Shown: one piece after another, positions 9,128 through 17,211 of the stretch | Layout: each line of letters opens with the position of its first letter | How positions within the stretch are numbered: the first letter of the stretch is position 1 | Virus record (IMG/VR): IMGVR_UViG_3300036857_000138 | Location: 1-50,004 of that record | DNA: 50,004 nt | Source: a virus | Taxonomy: Duplodnaviria > Caudoviricetes | Direction: 5' to 3' (one strand) | Position numbers and translations under genes: made by a program | Notes under the pieces: generated by a model | The model's database searches: none | What the model was told of the DNA's origin: nothing | What the model saw: the letters and a program-made list of their open reading frames with translations, nothing else

Positions 9128-9305
9128 GCTCGTCCTCTCGCTCGAACTCGACCTCGACGCCGTCGCGCCTCGCGGCCGCGACCCAGTCGTCGGGTAGCCA
9201 GATACCCCCTGCGAAGGCCCAGCGCTTCCCGGCCGGGTAGGTGACGATCAGGTGATGCCCTCGGGGCGGCACTTCGACCCGGAGCCGGAGCCTAGCCGCC
9301 GCCAT
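9114..9305 (-). CDS. Hypothetical protein
   Basis: Fills the operon gap with short overlaps. Confidence 0.55.
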   Translation of the reverse strand: MAAARLRLRVEVPPRGHHLIVTYPAGKRWAFAGGIWLPDDWVAAARRDGVEVEFEREDEHESE

Positions 9306-9519
9306 GCTGGGCCTCGCGCTCGGCCATCCGGGCCTCTAGTTCCTGCGCGATCGCCTCGGCCATCTGCCGCAGGGCGAAGCCCGCCTGCCGTCCGGTGAAG
9401 ACGTGATCGGCCTGTTCCTCGAAGGCCGACGCGCAGGACTCGATAGCGATCTTGACCGAGTCGAGGGCGATCTCGAAGACCGTCTCGTCGCGGCCGCCGT
9501 TACTCGGCTGGCTCGGCAT
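9292..9519 (-). CDS. Hypothetical protein
   Basis: GAGG before ATG; resembles 37990..38178. Confidence 0.6.
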   Translation of the reverse strand: MPSQPSNGGRDETVFEIALDSVKIAIESCASAFEEQADHVFTGRQAGFALRQMAEAIAQELEARMAEREAQHGGG

Positions 9520-10495
9520 CCTCGTCACCCCCCTCGTCCTCGCCGGTGGCGGCCTCGAAGTCGCCGATCATGCCGGAGTAGAACTCGATCCGCTCACGGT
9601 TCGACGTGAACCGCTCACCCCGCGCCACCGTCGATTTGAGATCGGCCTCGTCGAGGCGTTCGGCGAGTTCACCTTCAAGCTCGACGACCCGGCGCTCGGA
9701 CCGGAGCAGGTCGGTCATCGACGCGAGGACCGAGCGAAGGTTCGCGTGCGAGTGTTCGGCCTCCCTGATCCGGGTTTCGAGCAGCGGCCGGGCCATCCGT
9801 TTACCGCGCTTGATCACCGGGTCGAGGCCGTTGAGTTCCTCGAAGACGACCCTGATCCGCTCGCGCAGTTGCTCGGCCTCGTCGTCGGTCAACGGCGAGG
9901 GTTTGGGACCGGCGACGGCTTCGCGGAGTTCGCTCGGCTCGAACTCGGCCTCGGTGTAGAGAGGCTGCCCGACGAGAATCTCGGGGAAGTGAATGCGGGT
10001 TCCCTCGACGAGCGCCCGCCAGGTCAACATCTCGCGGGGGAACTTGACCCAGTTGTCCTTGCCGGTCAGGCCCGCCCGTTTCGCGTCCTCGATCGTCCAG
10101 TCGATCACCGGCTCAAGATCGACGCCGTCGCGGACGAAGGTGATCGACACCTTCTCGGGGGTCCGCTCGTCGATCCGGTAGTCGTAGCCGTCGCGGGATT
10201 TGATCAGCGCCGCGAGCAGCTTGCCTTCGATCACGAAGACGGTCCGCGCCCCTTCGTTGAAGGCGTGAATCCCGAGCAGGCTCGCGGTCGGCGAGAGGCC
10301 GAGGTCCATCCCGACCATCACGCGGACGGCGGCCTGCGCCGGGTCGCGGGCGTCCTCGAAGTAGCCGGAGCGGGCGAGTACGTGGCCTAGCTCGATCGCC
10401 TGCACGTAGTTCCGGCTCGGCTGGACACCGGGGGGCAGGGCTACGTCGGCCTCGGCCGGGATCGTGGCGACCTCGGCCGCCGGTGGCTCGGTCAT
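9500..10495 (-). CDS. RecT-like ssDNA annealing recombinase
   Basis: GMDLGLSP, WTIEDAKRAGL.GKDNWVKFPREML.WRA...R..FPE motif; near the exonuclease. Confidence 0.78.
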   Translation of the reverse strand: MTEPPAAEVATIPAEADVALPPGVQPSRNYVQAIELGHVLARSGYFEDARDPAQAAVRVMVGMDLGLSPTASLLGIHAFNEGARTVFVIEGKLLAALIKSRDGYDYRIDERTPEKVSITFVRDGVDLEPVIDWTIEDAKRAGLTGKDNWVKFPREMLTWRALVEGTRIHFPEILVGQPLYTEAEFEPSELREAVAGPKPSPLTDDEAEQLRERIRVVFEELNGLDPVIKRGKRMARPLLETRIREAEHSHANLRSVLASMTDLLRSERRVVELEGELAERLDEADLKSTVARGERFTSNRERIEFYSGMIGDFEAATGEDEGGDEDAEPAE

Positions 10496-10559
10496 ATCGA
10501 CTCCATTCAGTTGCGGATCAGAACTCCAACGGGGCGAGCCTATCGGCTCGGCCGGACGG

Positions 10560-10700
10560 CTACCCGACCGCGATGATCGCCGCGATCGTCAGGAAGACCG
10601 AGAGGATCGCCAGGGCGACGAGGGTCACGACGATCGCCGTCACCCCGACCCGGAAGGCCAGCCGGTAGAAGTCGCCGTCACGCTCGTCGTCTGGGATCAC
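10560..10700 (-). CDS. Small membrane protein
   Basis: Long hydrophobic stretch; GTGA overlap. Confidence 0.55.
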   Translation of the reverse strand: MIPDDERDGDFYRLAFRVGVTAIVVTLVALAILSVFLTIAAIIAVG

Positions 10701-10771
10701 CGGCCCCGCCATGCCGCCCAGACTATGTAACCGAGGACGAAGGTCAACGCCGCCAGCAGGACCCAGACCAC
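10697..10771 (-). CDS. 24-aa membrane peptide
   Basis: VVWVLLAALTFVLGYIVWAAWRGR; TAGTG and GTGA coupling at its two ends. Confidence 0.45.
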   Translation of the reverse strand: MVWVLLAALTFVLGYIVWAAWRGR

Positions 10772-11244
10772 TAACGGCCCTTGCCGTTCCGACGTTTCTT
10801 GAACAGGGCCGGGTCGCGCCAGCCATCGGTGAACTCGCGCTTGAACGTCCGCCGGGTCAGGTGGGCGGCCTGCCGACTGCCGCGAGGGGCGGCTTTGGCG
10901 ACGAGGTCGGTGACGCGGACCCGCTGGGACTCGCTCAAGTCGGCGAGGGTCTGCTGCACCCCTTTCGCCAGCGCCCGGCCGAGGACGAGGTCGGTCCCGG
11001 TCGGGTTGAGCCGCCAGTACAACTGCCCCTCGAAAACGCCTTTTTCGACGAGGCCGTAGCGGTAGGACCACGCGCACCGCGAGCCGACGCATTGATTTGC
11101 GAAGGCGTCGGCCGTCTCAACGTCGAGGCCGATCTGCTTGGCGATCTCTTCCGAGGTCGCCCAGCCGTCGTCGTCACCGGCGTCGTTCATCGCGTGCAGG
11201 AACTCGAAGTCGCTCATAGATTCGAGCGTCACGTTCGACGGCAT
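10771..11244 (-). CDS. Winged-helix DNA-binding protein
   Basis: ATSEEIAKQIGL...YGLVEK...YWRLNPTG. Confidence 0.65.
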   Translation of the reverse strand: MPSNVTLESMSDFEFLHAMNDAGDDDGWATSEEIAKQIGLDVETADAFANQCVGSRCAWSYRYGLVEKGVFEGQLYWRLNPTGTDLVLGRALAKGVQQTLADLSESQRVRVTDLVAKAAPRGSRQAAHLTRRTFKREFTDGWRDPALFKKRRNGKGR

Positions 11245-11672
11245 CAGGACGCCTCGACGGCCCGGTAGTAGTTCGCCTGCCCGCGTTTGCCGACGAGCCG
11301 GACCTCGCCCGTCTCACGTAGCCGGACGATCGCTTTGTTGGCGGTCGCTTCGGCGACCCCCATCGCCTCGCGCAAGTCGGCGTTGCGGAACTCGTCGTCG
11401 CGCAGGGCCGGGGTCGTCTCGATCGCCTCGCGTGCGCGGTCGAGCATTTCCTCGCTGATCGAGCCGGGGTCTTTCCCGGTCCTCGGCTTCGAGCCGTTCG
11501 TCTTCGCCTCGGGCCGCTCGATCAGGCCGCCGTCGATCAGCAGCTTCTCGACGATTTTGCGCTCTTGCTTCGCCTCGGCGAGTTCCTCTTCGAGGTCGGA
11601 GACGATGCCGTCCATCTTCTCTTTCTCGTCGAGCAGCGGTTGCAGGGTTCGGCGGATCAGGTCCGTCGTCAT
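11244..11672 (-). CDS. Coiled-coil plus winged-helix DNA-binding protein
   Basis: N-terminal coiled coil; DLREAMGVAEATANKAIVRLRETGEV; GGAGG SD. Confidence 0.72.
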   Translation of the reverse strand: MTTDLIRRTLQPLLDEKEKMDGIVSDLEEELAEAKQERKIVEKLLIDGGLIERPEAKTNGSKPRTGKDPGSISEEMLDRAREAIETTPALRDDEFRNADLREAMGVAEATANKAIVRLRETGEVRLVGKRGQANYYRAVEAS

Positions 11673-11694
11673 TTTCTAGCCTCCATATTTCGGA

Positions 11695-12162
11695 TCAGAT
11701 ACCAACGTGCAGCAGACTACCTTTTCGTTGCCGGTCGTCACCCCCTGCCTCGCTCGGGAACCGATCGTCTAGCTGGGACTCTAAGCCCCAGTCCCCGGCC
11801 CACTCGACCGCCGAGGCCGGGGCCAGGTGGCGGGGGATGACCAGCGAGGGCGTCAGGTGCCGGTCAAATCGTCGGTGATGGCCCTCGCATCCGGGGATCG
11901 CCAGCCGGGGGTCCCACGCCGCGAGGTCGAGTAGCTCGTCGTCACGGTCCGGCAGCAGGGCATAGAGGGCGTTGCGGACCCGCTGCTCGTTGACCGCGTG
12001 ACAGATTTCGAGCCGCCCCTCGCAGGGCCGCCGGAGCGGGTCGTAGCGGCCCAGCCAGCAGGCCGAGCCGCGCCGCCCGACATGTTGCGCCCGTTCGATC
12101 CCAGCGGCGTAGAACGAGGCGTAGAGGTCGGTCAGCCAGACGACCCGCGAGCGCCGCGTCAC
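11695..12162 (-). CDS. HNH-like (NinG-type) Cys/His protein
   Basis: CW...CEGRLEICH...WDPRLAIPGCEGHHRRFD. Confidence 0.6.
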   Translation of the reverse strand: MTRRSRVVWLTDLYASFYAAGIERAQHVGRRGSACWLGRYDPLRRPCEGRLEICHAVNEQRVRNALYALLPDRDDELLDLAAWDPRLAIPGCEGHHRRFDRHLTPSLVIPRHLAPASAVEWAGDWGLESQLDDRFPSEAGGDDRQRKGSLLHVGI

Positions 12163-12202
12163 CGCCGGAACCCCGGCCGCAGGACGTGCAGCAGGAACCG
12201 GG

Positions 12203-12298
12203 TCACGGACACCGGCCACCGATCACGAGCGAGCCGATCAGGATGCCGGGGGCGACTCCGAAGAGGAACCCGAGGGCGAAGAGTTCCGCCGTCCTCAA
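12203..12298 (-). CDS. 31-aa membrane peptide
   Basis: TTGA overlap; LFALGFLFGVAPGILIGSLVIGG. Confidence 0.45.
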   Translation of the reverse strand: MRTAELFALGFLFGVAPGILIGSLVIGGRCP

Positions 12299-12579
12299 GG
12301 CCCGGCCCCGAGGTCGGTCCCGGTCCGGGCCGCGAAGGCCCGCGCCGCCGCGAGGAAGAGGTCGAGGCTCGTCTCGGCGATCACGTAGCGGGGCGAGCCG
12401 CCGACCGTCCCGAGGTCGAGGCCGATCGCTATCGAGGCCTTGCCCGACTGCATCCCGCCCTCGACGAGGGCGACCTTGATCGGCGGGGCGTCGGCCCCCA
12501 GATGGATCAGGTCCTTGCCCTCGACCTCGTCGGTGAAGGCCCGGTCCGGCTCAAGGACGATCGTCATCACCGGGGTCAT
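12295..12579 (-). CDS. Hypothetical protein
   Basis: ATGA overlap; protein-like composition. Confidence 0.7.
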   Translation of the reverse strand: MTPVMTIVLEPDRAFTDEVEGKDLIHLGADAPPIKVALVEGGMQSGKASIAIGLDLGTVGGSPRYVIAETSLDLFLAAARAFAARTGTDLGAGP

Positions 12580-12833
12580 CCGTCTTCGCCCTCGATCGGG
12601 ACGTGACGGCGCGGGACCTTGCCGCCCGTATGCTCGGCCTCGATCACTTCGATCTGTGGGTTGATCTCGCCGATCACTTCGCAGACCTCGCGGATCGCCC
12701 GCCGGGTGTCGGTCACGTCGCGGTGAGACTCGCCCGAGGCGATGATCGCGCCGTTGCGAGCCTTGAGTCGCCAGCGCCAGGGTTCGCCGCTGCCGGACTC
12801 GTCGTTGTAGATGACGAACTTGCCCCTCACCAT
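12576..12833 (-). CDS. YegP/DUF1508 family protein
   Basis: KFVIY...WRWRLKARNGAIIASGESH. Confidence 0.85.
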   Translation of the reverse strand: MVRGKFVIYNDESGSGEPWRWRLKARNGAIIASGESHRDVTDTRRAIREVCEVIGEINPQIEVIEAEHTGGKVPRRHVPIEGEDG

Positions 12834-13027
12834 GTCACCGCCTCGGGGACGGTCTGGGCCTCGGCCTCGACGACCTCCCAGTTCTCGCCGGGGATCGCGC
12901 TGACCCGTTCCGCCGAGGCCCGAGCGATGACGATCGCTTCGCTCGCGTCGAGCGCGAGGATTTCGTCGTAGCTCAGTTTGAGCGCGGCGTGTCGGAGTCG
13001 GACCCGGAAGAGTTGCCGGTCGGTCAT
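12827..13027 (-). CDS. Hypothetical protein
   Basis: ATGA overlap after GGGAGG. Confidence 0.6.
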   Translation of the reverse strand: MTDRQLFRVRLRHAALKLSYDEILALDASEAIVIARASAERVSAIPGENWEVVEAEAQTVPEAVTW

Positions 13028-13287
13028 CGGCCCATCCTCCCGGCGTAGTGATCCTCGTCCTGCTCGGTGCCCCAGCCGACTTCGTCGCCGTACTGGTCGT
13101 ACTCGACGCAGGTGCAGCCCTCTTCGTGGCATTCGGACTCGTGCAGGGTGACGCCGGGGCCGGGCATCGCCTCGTCGTCTTGGTAGTGCTGATCGGCTTC
13201 GTGGCCGCAGTTGCCGCACGACGGGTAGCCGACGATCTCCGGCTCGTTGCCCGTAACGCCGGGCGGGTAGTTGCTTAGACCTGCCAT
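13024..13287 (-). CDS. Small acidic zinc-binding protein
   Basis: CGNCGHEADQH...CHEEGCTC; AGGAGG SD. Confidence 0.75.
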   Translation of the reverse strand: MAGLSNYPPGVTGNEPEIVGYPSCGNCGHEADQHYQDDEAMPGPGVTLHESECHEEGCTCVEYDQYGDEVGWGTEQDEDHYAGRMGR

Positions 13288-13308
13288 CTGCTTTGCCTCC
13301 TAGTTCGT

Positions 13309-13358
13309 GGGTCAATCACCGGCCGAGAGTATAGACGACCGAGTTGCCGTTGAGCAAC
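13309..13358 (-). promoter_or_regulatory. Early promoter/operator, copy C
   Basis: GTTGCcgttgaGCAAC 13343-13358; TTGCTC-N18-TATACT; 8 nt; GTGATTGACCC. Confidence 0.8.
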
Positions 13359-13381
13359 CCGGCCGCCTACCTTGCGATCCG

Positions 13382-13699
13382 CTACTGCCCGGCCGACTCT
13401 AGCGCGGCGAAGCAGGCCCGGAAGATCGAGCCTCGCCCCTGATAGTGCCGCCAGCGGTCGTCGTCGGGGGCGAACCGCCGGGCCAGCGCTTCGGCGGCCT
13501 GCCAGCCGTTGAAGAGCCGCTCGGCCGGGTCGGCTTGCAGGTGCCCGCCGAGGCCTCGGGCCTTGATCATCCCGACGATTTCCTCGGGCGTATGGGTCAG
13601 GACTCCGCTCGTGTCGAACTCGCACTCGTCGAGCATCTTCGCGTCGTAGATGCCGTGTGAGTCGAGGTCGATCAGGAACGCGGTCGGTTGCTTATACAT
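13382..13699 (-). CDS. Hypothetical protein
   Basis: AAAGGTGA SD. Confidence 0.7.
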   Translation of the reverse strand: MYKQPTAFLIDLDSHGIYDAKMLDECEFDTSGVLTHTPEEIVGMIKARGLGGHLQADPAERLFNGWQAAEALARRFAPDDDRWRHYQGRGSIFRACFAALESAGQ

Positions 13700-13868
13700 G
13701 GTCAGTCACCTTTCGTTCGAGTCGGGCGGCGGCCTTCGCCGCCCCCGCCTTCGACCGGTACCCGTACTGGACGCACCGATCGAAAGTCTGGCCGGGTCGC
13801 CGCTGGCGGTCGCAGACGACCCAGTAGTTCATCGCCTCTAGGTAGTGGGGGTAGAACCGGCCGGTCAC
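13692..13868 (-). CDS. Hypothetical protein
   Basis: GGAGGG SD and GTGA overlap. Confidence 0.55.
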   Translation of the reverse strand: MTGRFYPHYLEAMNYWVVCDRQRRPGQTFDRCVQYGYRSKAGAAKAAARLERKVTDHV

Positions 13869-14092
13869 GCGGCCGCCCTCCGACTCCGCTGTTGCGCTCC
13901 GAGCAGACGCCGAGCGCAGGCCGTCAGGTCTGGGTCGCGGACGGGTTCGTCGTCGCGGTAGAACCTCCACCGGCCGAGTCGGTAGTACACCCCGACCTCT
14001 TCGTCGAGGTCACGGTCGAGGACGCGGGCGAGTCTGTACCCGCGCTGTTCTACACGGACGCCGCGATAGCGCTGCTGCTTCCTGCGTTTCAT
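13865..14092 (-). CDS. Basic hypothetical protein
   Basis: ACGGAAGGTGA SD; first gene after promoter copy D. Confidence 0.65.
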   Translation of the reverse strand: MKRRKQQRYRGVRVEQRGYRLARVLDRDLDEEVGVYYRLGRWRFYRDDEPVRDPDLTACARRLLGAQQRSRRAAA

Positions 14093-14110
14093 ACTGTTTC
14101 ACCTTCCGTT

Positions 14111-14221
14111 GGATCAATCACTTCACACTTCACACTTACACACACATTCTATCGAACGGGTCAAACCGGACTTGCCGATCGGCAACCCGTCAGGCACGAA
14201 CTACGAAAAGTGAAGTGTGTG
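14111..14221 (-). promoter_or_regulatory. Early promoter/operator, copy D, with AAGTGTG repeats
   Basis: Palindrome 14171-14186 (15/16 match); TAGAAT at 14151-14146; leader motif 14121-14111; CACACTT repeats 14119-14145 and an inverted copy 14210-14221. Confidence 0.7.
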
Positions 14222-14258
14222 TTTTGCGGGGAGTTCGTTCTTAACAATTCCCCGAAAA
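14222..14258. terminator. Hairpin ending the late operon
   Basis: TTTTgCGGGGA...TCCCCGAAAA directly after the holin stop. Confidence 0.55.
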
Positions 14259-14265
14259 CGTACTG

Positions 14266-14463
14266 TCAGCTTTTCGGCTTGTGAAGACCCCGTCCGGCCC
14301 CGTTGCGGGCAACGCCGAGGACGCCGGACCCACCGGCCACCGCGCCGAGTGCGACGAGCGCTTGGTCGATCGTCAGCGCCCCGGTGATCAGCGAGACGAC
14401 GATGCAGATGATCCCGGCGATCGTCGTCAGGGTCGCCATCGGTACTTCGTCGAGGATGCCCAT
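14266..14463 (-). CDS. Holin
   Basis: 65 aa, two hydrophobic helices, basic C-terminus, directly after the lytic enzymes. Confidence 0.7.
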   Translation of the reverse strand: MGILDEVPMATLTTIAGIICIVVSLITGALTIDQALVALGAVAGGSGVLGVARNGAGRGLHKPKS

Positions 14464-14473
14464 CTTGTCTCTC

Positions 14474-14926
14474 CTAGCTGGCGACGCGGCGAGCCTCTAG
14501 TTCGCCGAGGGTGTTCGGTCGCCGGTCGTGCTGAATATCGTCGAGGACCTGCTCAAGAACGGTGTCGCGGCCCGGCGCGTCCTCGTGGCCGGTGCCCCAG
14601 TCGGATTCGATGATCGCGTCGAGAGTCGCCCACGCCGGAGCGTTGAGACGAAGCCGCCGTCTGATCTTCGGGTAGCCGTGAGCGTTTTCCTTGAGGGTGC
14701 GGATCGTCGCGGTGACGCCGTCGTCGATCGAGCGGTACTCCTGCACCCCGGCGATATTGCCGGGCAGGGTCCGCGAGTTCGGCATATGCAGCGTCGTATT
14801 GAGCGGGTTGAAGTCGGCCGAGCCGCCCTCGGCTTGAAGCCAGGCCTGCATCGCCCGGCGAGTATGGGTCGTCAGCGGCGCTCCGATCCCTTCGAGGACT
14901 CGTTTAGCGAACTCGCCCCGCGTCAT
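14474..14926 (-). CDS. Lysozyme-fold peptidoglycan hydrolase (endolysin component)
   Basis: AWLQAEGG..FNPLNTT...GVQEYRS..DGV.AT..TL...Y..I motif; located in the lysis cassette. Confidence 0.65.
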   Translation of the reverse strand: MTRGEFAKRVLEGIGAPLTTHTRRAMQAWLQAEGGSADFNPLNTTLHMPNSRTLPGNIAGVQEYRSIDDGVTATIRTLKENAHGYPKIRRRLRLNAPAWATLDAIIESDWGTGHEDAPGRDTVLEQVLDDIQHDRRPNTLGELEARRVAS

Positions 14927-15765
14927 CCGTCGTAGATGTAGCAGGTGTAGTCGCCGTCACCGAAGAGGTTGATCACCCCGAAGTCAACCGGCGGCGAGCC
15001 GTGTCCGGCGGTGCGATCGCCGGGGCCGATATAGGCCTCGGTGTGATGGCCGACGCCGCCGCCGTACACGACGTAGCCCCAGCCGACCTTCTTCATATGC
15101 TCGACCGAGACTCGTTTCCAGGGTCCGGCCGCCGTCTTGAGGGTGCCGGTGAACCCGGCCCGGAAGTCTTCGCCGTTGGGGTCCGGCAGGTCGGCCGAGT
15201 AGGCGAGGCCGGTGACGTAGGAAGAGCAGTCGGAGCGCTCGCCGTAGCTCGGCCCCGGCTCGATCTCGTGGAATACGTCCCACGATCCGTACTGCGAGTA
15301 GAAGTTGCGCCGGTGTCCGTTCGAGCAGTTGGCGACCGAGGCCAGGGCGGCCGCCCGCCAGCGCTGCTCGGGCGTCCCGCCGACGACCTTGTTGCCCTGA
15401 ATCGTCGGGCCGTGTTCTCGGAGCCATTTCTGCAACTCGTGTTCGACCTCGTCCTTGCGGACCGAGAGCCGATGTTGGTCGGCCTTGAGTTTCTTGATCC
15501 GGCCCCGCCAGTAGATCGCCTTGTCGTGCGAGCGGTCGGCGCGATGCTGGCAACGGGCGGCCTTGTTGTCGTGGCGACCGGCCTTGAACGGTTCGTCGTG
15601 TTTGCGAGCGGCGTCGGCCTTTTTCTCGTGTTCGATCTGTTCCTCGTGATTGCGGACGGTCCGCTCGTGGAACTTCTTGTAGCGCTTCACCGCTTTGCGG
15701 GTCGCGGCCTCGGTCCGGCCGATCCGGGCGTTGAGGCGGTCGAGAAGATGGCGCAGTTTGCCCAC
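14923..15765 (-). CDS. NlpC/P60-like peptidase endolysin with N-terminal coiled coil
   Basis: FYSQ...DCSS...FTGT...HHTE catalytic Cys/His pattern. Confidence 0.75.
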   Translation of the reverse strand: MGKLRHLLDRLNARIGRTEAATRKAVKRYKKFHERTVRNHEEQIEHEKKADAARKHDEPFKAGRHDNKAARCQHRADRSHDKAIYWRGRIKKLKADQHRLSVRKDEVEHELQKWLREHGPTIQGNKVVGGTPEQRWRAAALASVANCSNGHRRNFYSQYGSWDVFHEIEPGPSYGERSDCSSYVTGLAYSADLPDPNGEDFRAGFTGTLKTAAGPWKRVSVEHMKKVGWGYVVYGGGVGHHTEAYIGPGDRTAGHGSPPVDFGVINLFGDGDYTCYIYDG

Positions 15766-15771
15766 GGCTCG

Positions 15772-15797
15772 AACCTACGCCGAGCGGCAACCCCCCC
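15772..15797 (-). promoter_or_regulatory. Late promoter (leaderless)
   Basis: GGGGGGGT-N12-TAGGTT-N6-GTG. Confidence 0.75.
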
Positions 15798-16126
15798 TAG
15801 CAGACCGGACCGTCGATCAATTCCTCGACCCGCTGGATCGTCGCTTTGTTGCCGACCGCCAGCGCCGCGATCGCCTCACGGTTGCGGTTGACGCCGTCGC
15901 AGAGTTCGTCGCGGGCTTCGCCGCCGGATGCGACCCGAGAGGCGTCGAGGGCGAGGACGATCAGCAGCAGGCCCCCCACGGCGATCAGGGCGATCACCGC
16001 CAGCCGTTCGCCCTCGGGCACTTTCTGCAAGAACCCGATCAGCGAGACGCCGACCCCGAGCAGGGCGACGGCCGAAATGATCAGGCCTAGAACCTCGATT
16101 GTCCCCGCTCCGAGCGGCGCATACGT
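15797..16126 (-). CDS. Membrane protein of the lysis region (start uncertain)
   Basis: Two hydrophobic helices followed by a short coil with two Cys; no canonical in-frame start near the promoter. Confidence 0.55.
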   Translation of the reverse strand, partial: TYAPLGAGTIEVLGLIISAVALLGVGVSLIGFLQKVPEGERLAVIALIAVGGLLLIVLALDASRVASGGEARDELCDGVNRNREAIAALAVGNKATIQRVEELIDGPVC

Positions 16127-16131
16127 GACCG

Positions 16132-16155
16132 AGGGTATTGCCGGGCGGAACCCCC
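16132..16155 (-). promoter_or_regulatory. Late promoter overlapping a divergent promoter
   Basis: GGGGGT-N12-TACCCT on minus; TTGCCG-N18-CAGAAT-N6-GTG on plus (16138-16176). Confidence 0.65.
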
Positions 16156-16173
16156 GCCGGGCAGAATCGGGCC

Positions 16174-16572
16174 GTGTTCGCCAGCGAGGGCCTCGACCGC
16201 CTACTCGCCCGTCTCGACGAGTCTGAGCCGGGCGGCCGTAGGGTCGCCGACGAAGTCGTCCGGCTGACCTTGCAGGGCGGCAAGCGGCGCGGCTGGCCCT
16301 TCGACGAGGCATGGCGATCGGCCCGCGAGCGGTTGCAGCCGCCGAACCGCAACGGCCTCTCGGTCAACGACGCCTTGACCCGCGACCTGCTTGAGCAGCG
16401 AGCGCTACTCGACGAGCTTGAACCGGCGTTCCGGGCGGCCTACGAAGACCGGCCGCTGACCCCGATCGACCGCGAGCGTCTCGCCTTCCTCGCCGCCCCC
16501 CGACTGACCGGCGAGTTCCGCATCCCGACGACCCTGCCGCCGGTCGCCGAACCCGAGCCGATCGCCGCTTAG
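16174..16572 (+). CDS. Hypothetical protein on the opposite strand, leaderless
   Basis: Fills the gap between tail and lysis genes; GTG 6 nt after CAGAAT; KRRGWPFDEAW...FRAAY helical pattern. Confidence 0.7.
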   Translation: MFASEGLDRLLARLDESEPGGRRVADEVVRLTLQGGKRRGWPFDEAWRSARERLQPPNRNGLSVNDALTRDLLEQRALLDELEPAFRAAYEDRPLTPIDRERLAFLAAPRLTGEFRIPTTLPPVAEPEPIAA

Positions 16573-17207
16573 GGTTCGTGTATCCGCAGTTCTTTCCAAG
16601 TCGTGAAGTTTTCCCGCGCTTTGAGCCAGGTCGGCGATGACGGCGTCGAGGACGTGCGGACTTCGAGCCAGGTCCAGACCGACCGTTTGTTGAAGAACAA
16701 GACGATCCCGATCGGCTTTTGTTCGCGTCGCAGGGCGTCTTCGATCGCCGCCTGATCCGGCGTCTCGCCGCTGATCGTTTCGATCCGCAGTCGCCAGGGG
16801 AACCCGCCGTAGCGTTCGGTGATGATCACCGTCTGAGTCCCGGTCAGGTAGCGCTTGACGAGGGCTTCGATCGCCCCCACGGTGCCCCGTAGGAACGCCT
16901 CGGGGGCCGCTATCGCCGCCCGCTGCTGTTCGACGGTCATCCCCGGCGTGAACCGAGCGCCGACGTACTGGGCCAGGTAGGGCAGGCAGACGGCCGGGCA
17001 GTTGAGCGGGTCGAAGAGGACCTGCCAGGGCACCCCGTCTTCGTCCTCGGTCGTGACGAGTTCGTGGATCAGGTCGAGGTCGGCGGCGACGAGGGCCTCG
17101 CAGAACCGGAGCGCCGCCCATTCGTTGTCGTCGTCGTACTGGGTGAACGCCGGTTCGAGTGCCTCGTAGAGTTCGAGCGCCGCCTCGCTGGCTTCGGGTT
17201 TCAGCAT
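16569..17207 (-). CDS. Baseplate wedge / P2 gpI-like tail protein
   Basis: DPLNCPAVCLPYLAQYVG...RGTVGAI...KPIG; follows baseplate J. Confidence 0.85.
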   Translation of the reverse strand: MLKPEASEAALELYEALEPAFTQYDDDNEWAALRFCEALVAADLDLIHELVTTEDEDGVPWQVLFDPLNCPAVCLPYLAQYVGARFTPGMTVEQQRAAIAAPEAFLRGTVGAIEALVKRYLTGTQTVIITERYGGFPWRLRIETISGETPDQAAIEDALRREQKPIGIVLFFNKRSVWTWLEVRTSSTPSSPTWLKARENFTTWKELRIHEP

Positions 17208-17211
17208 CGGC

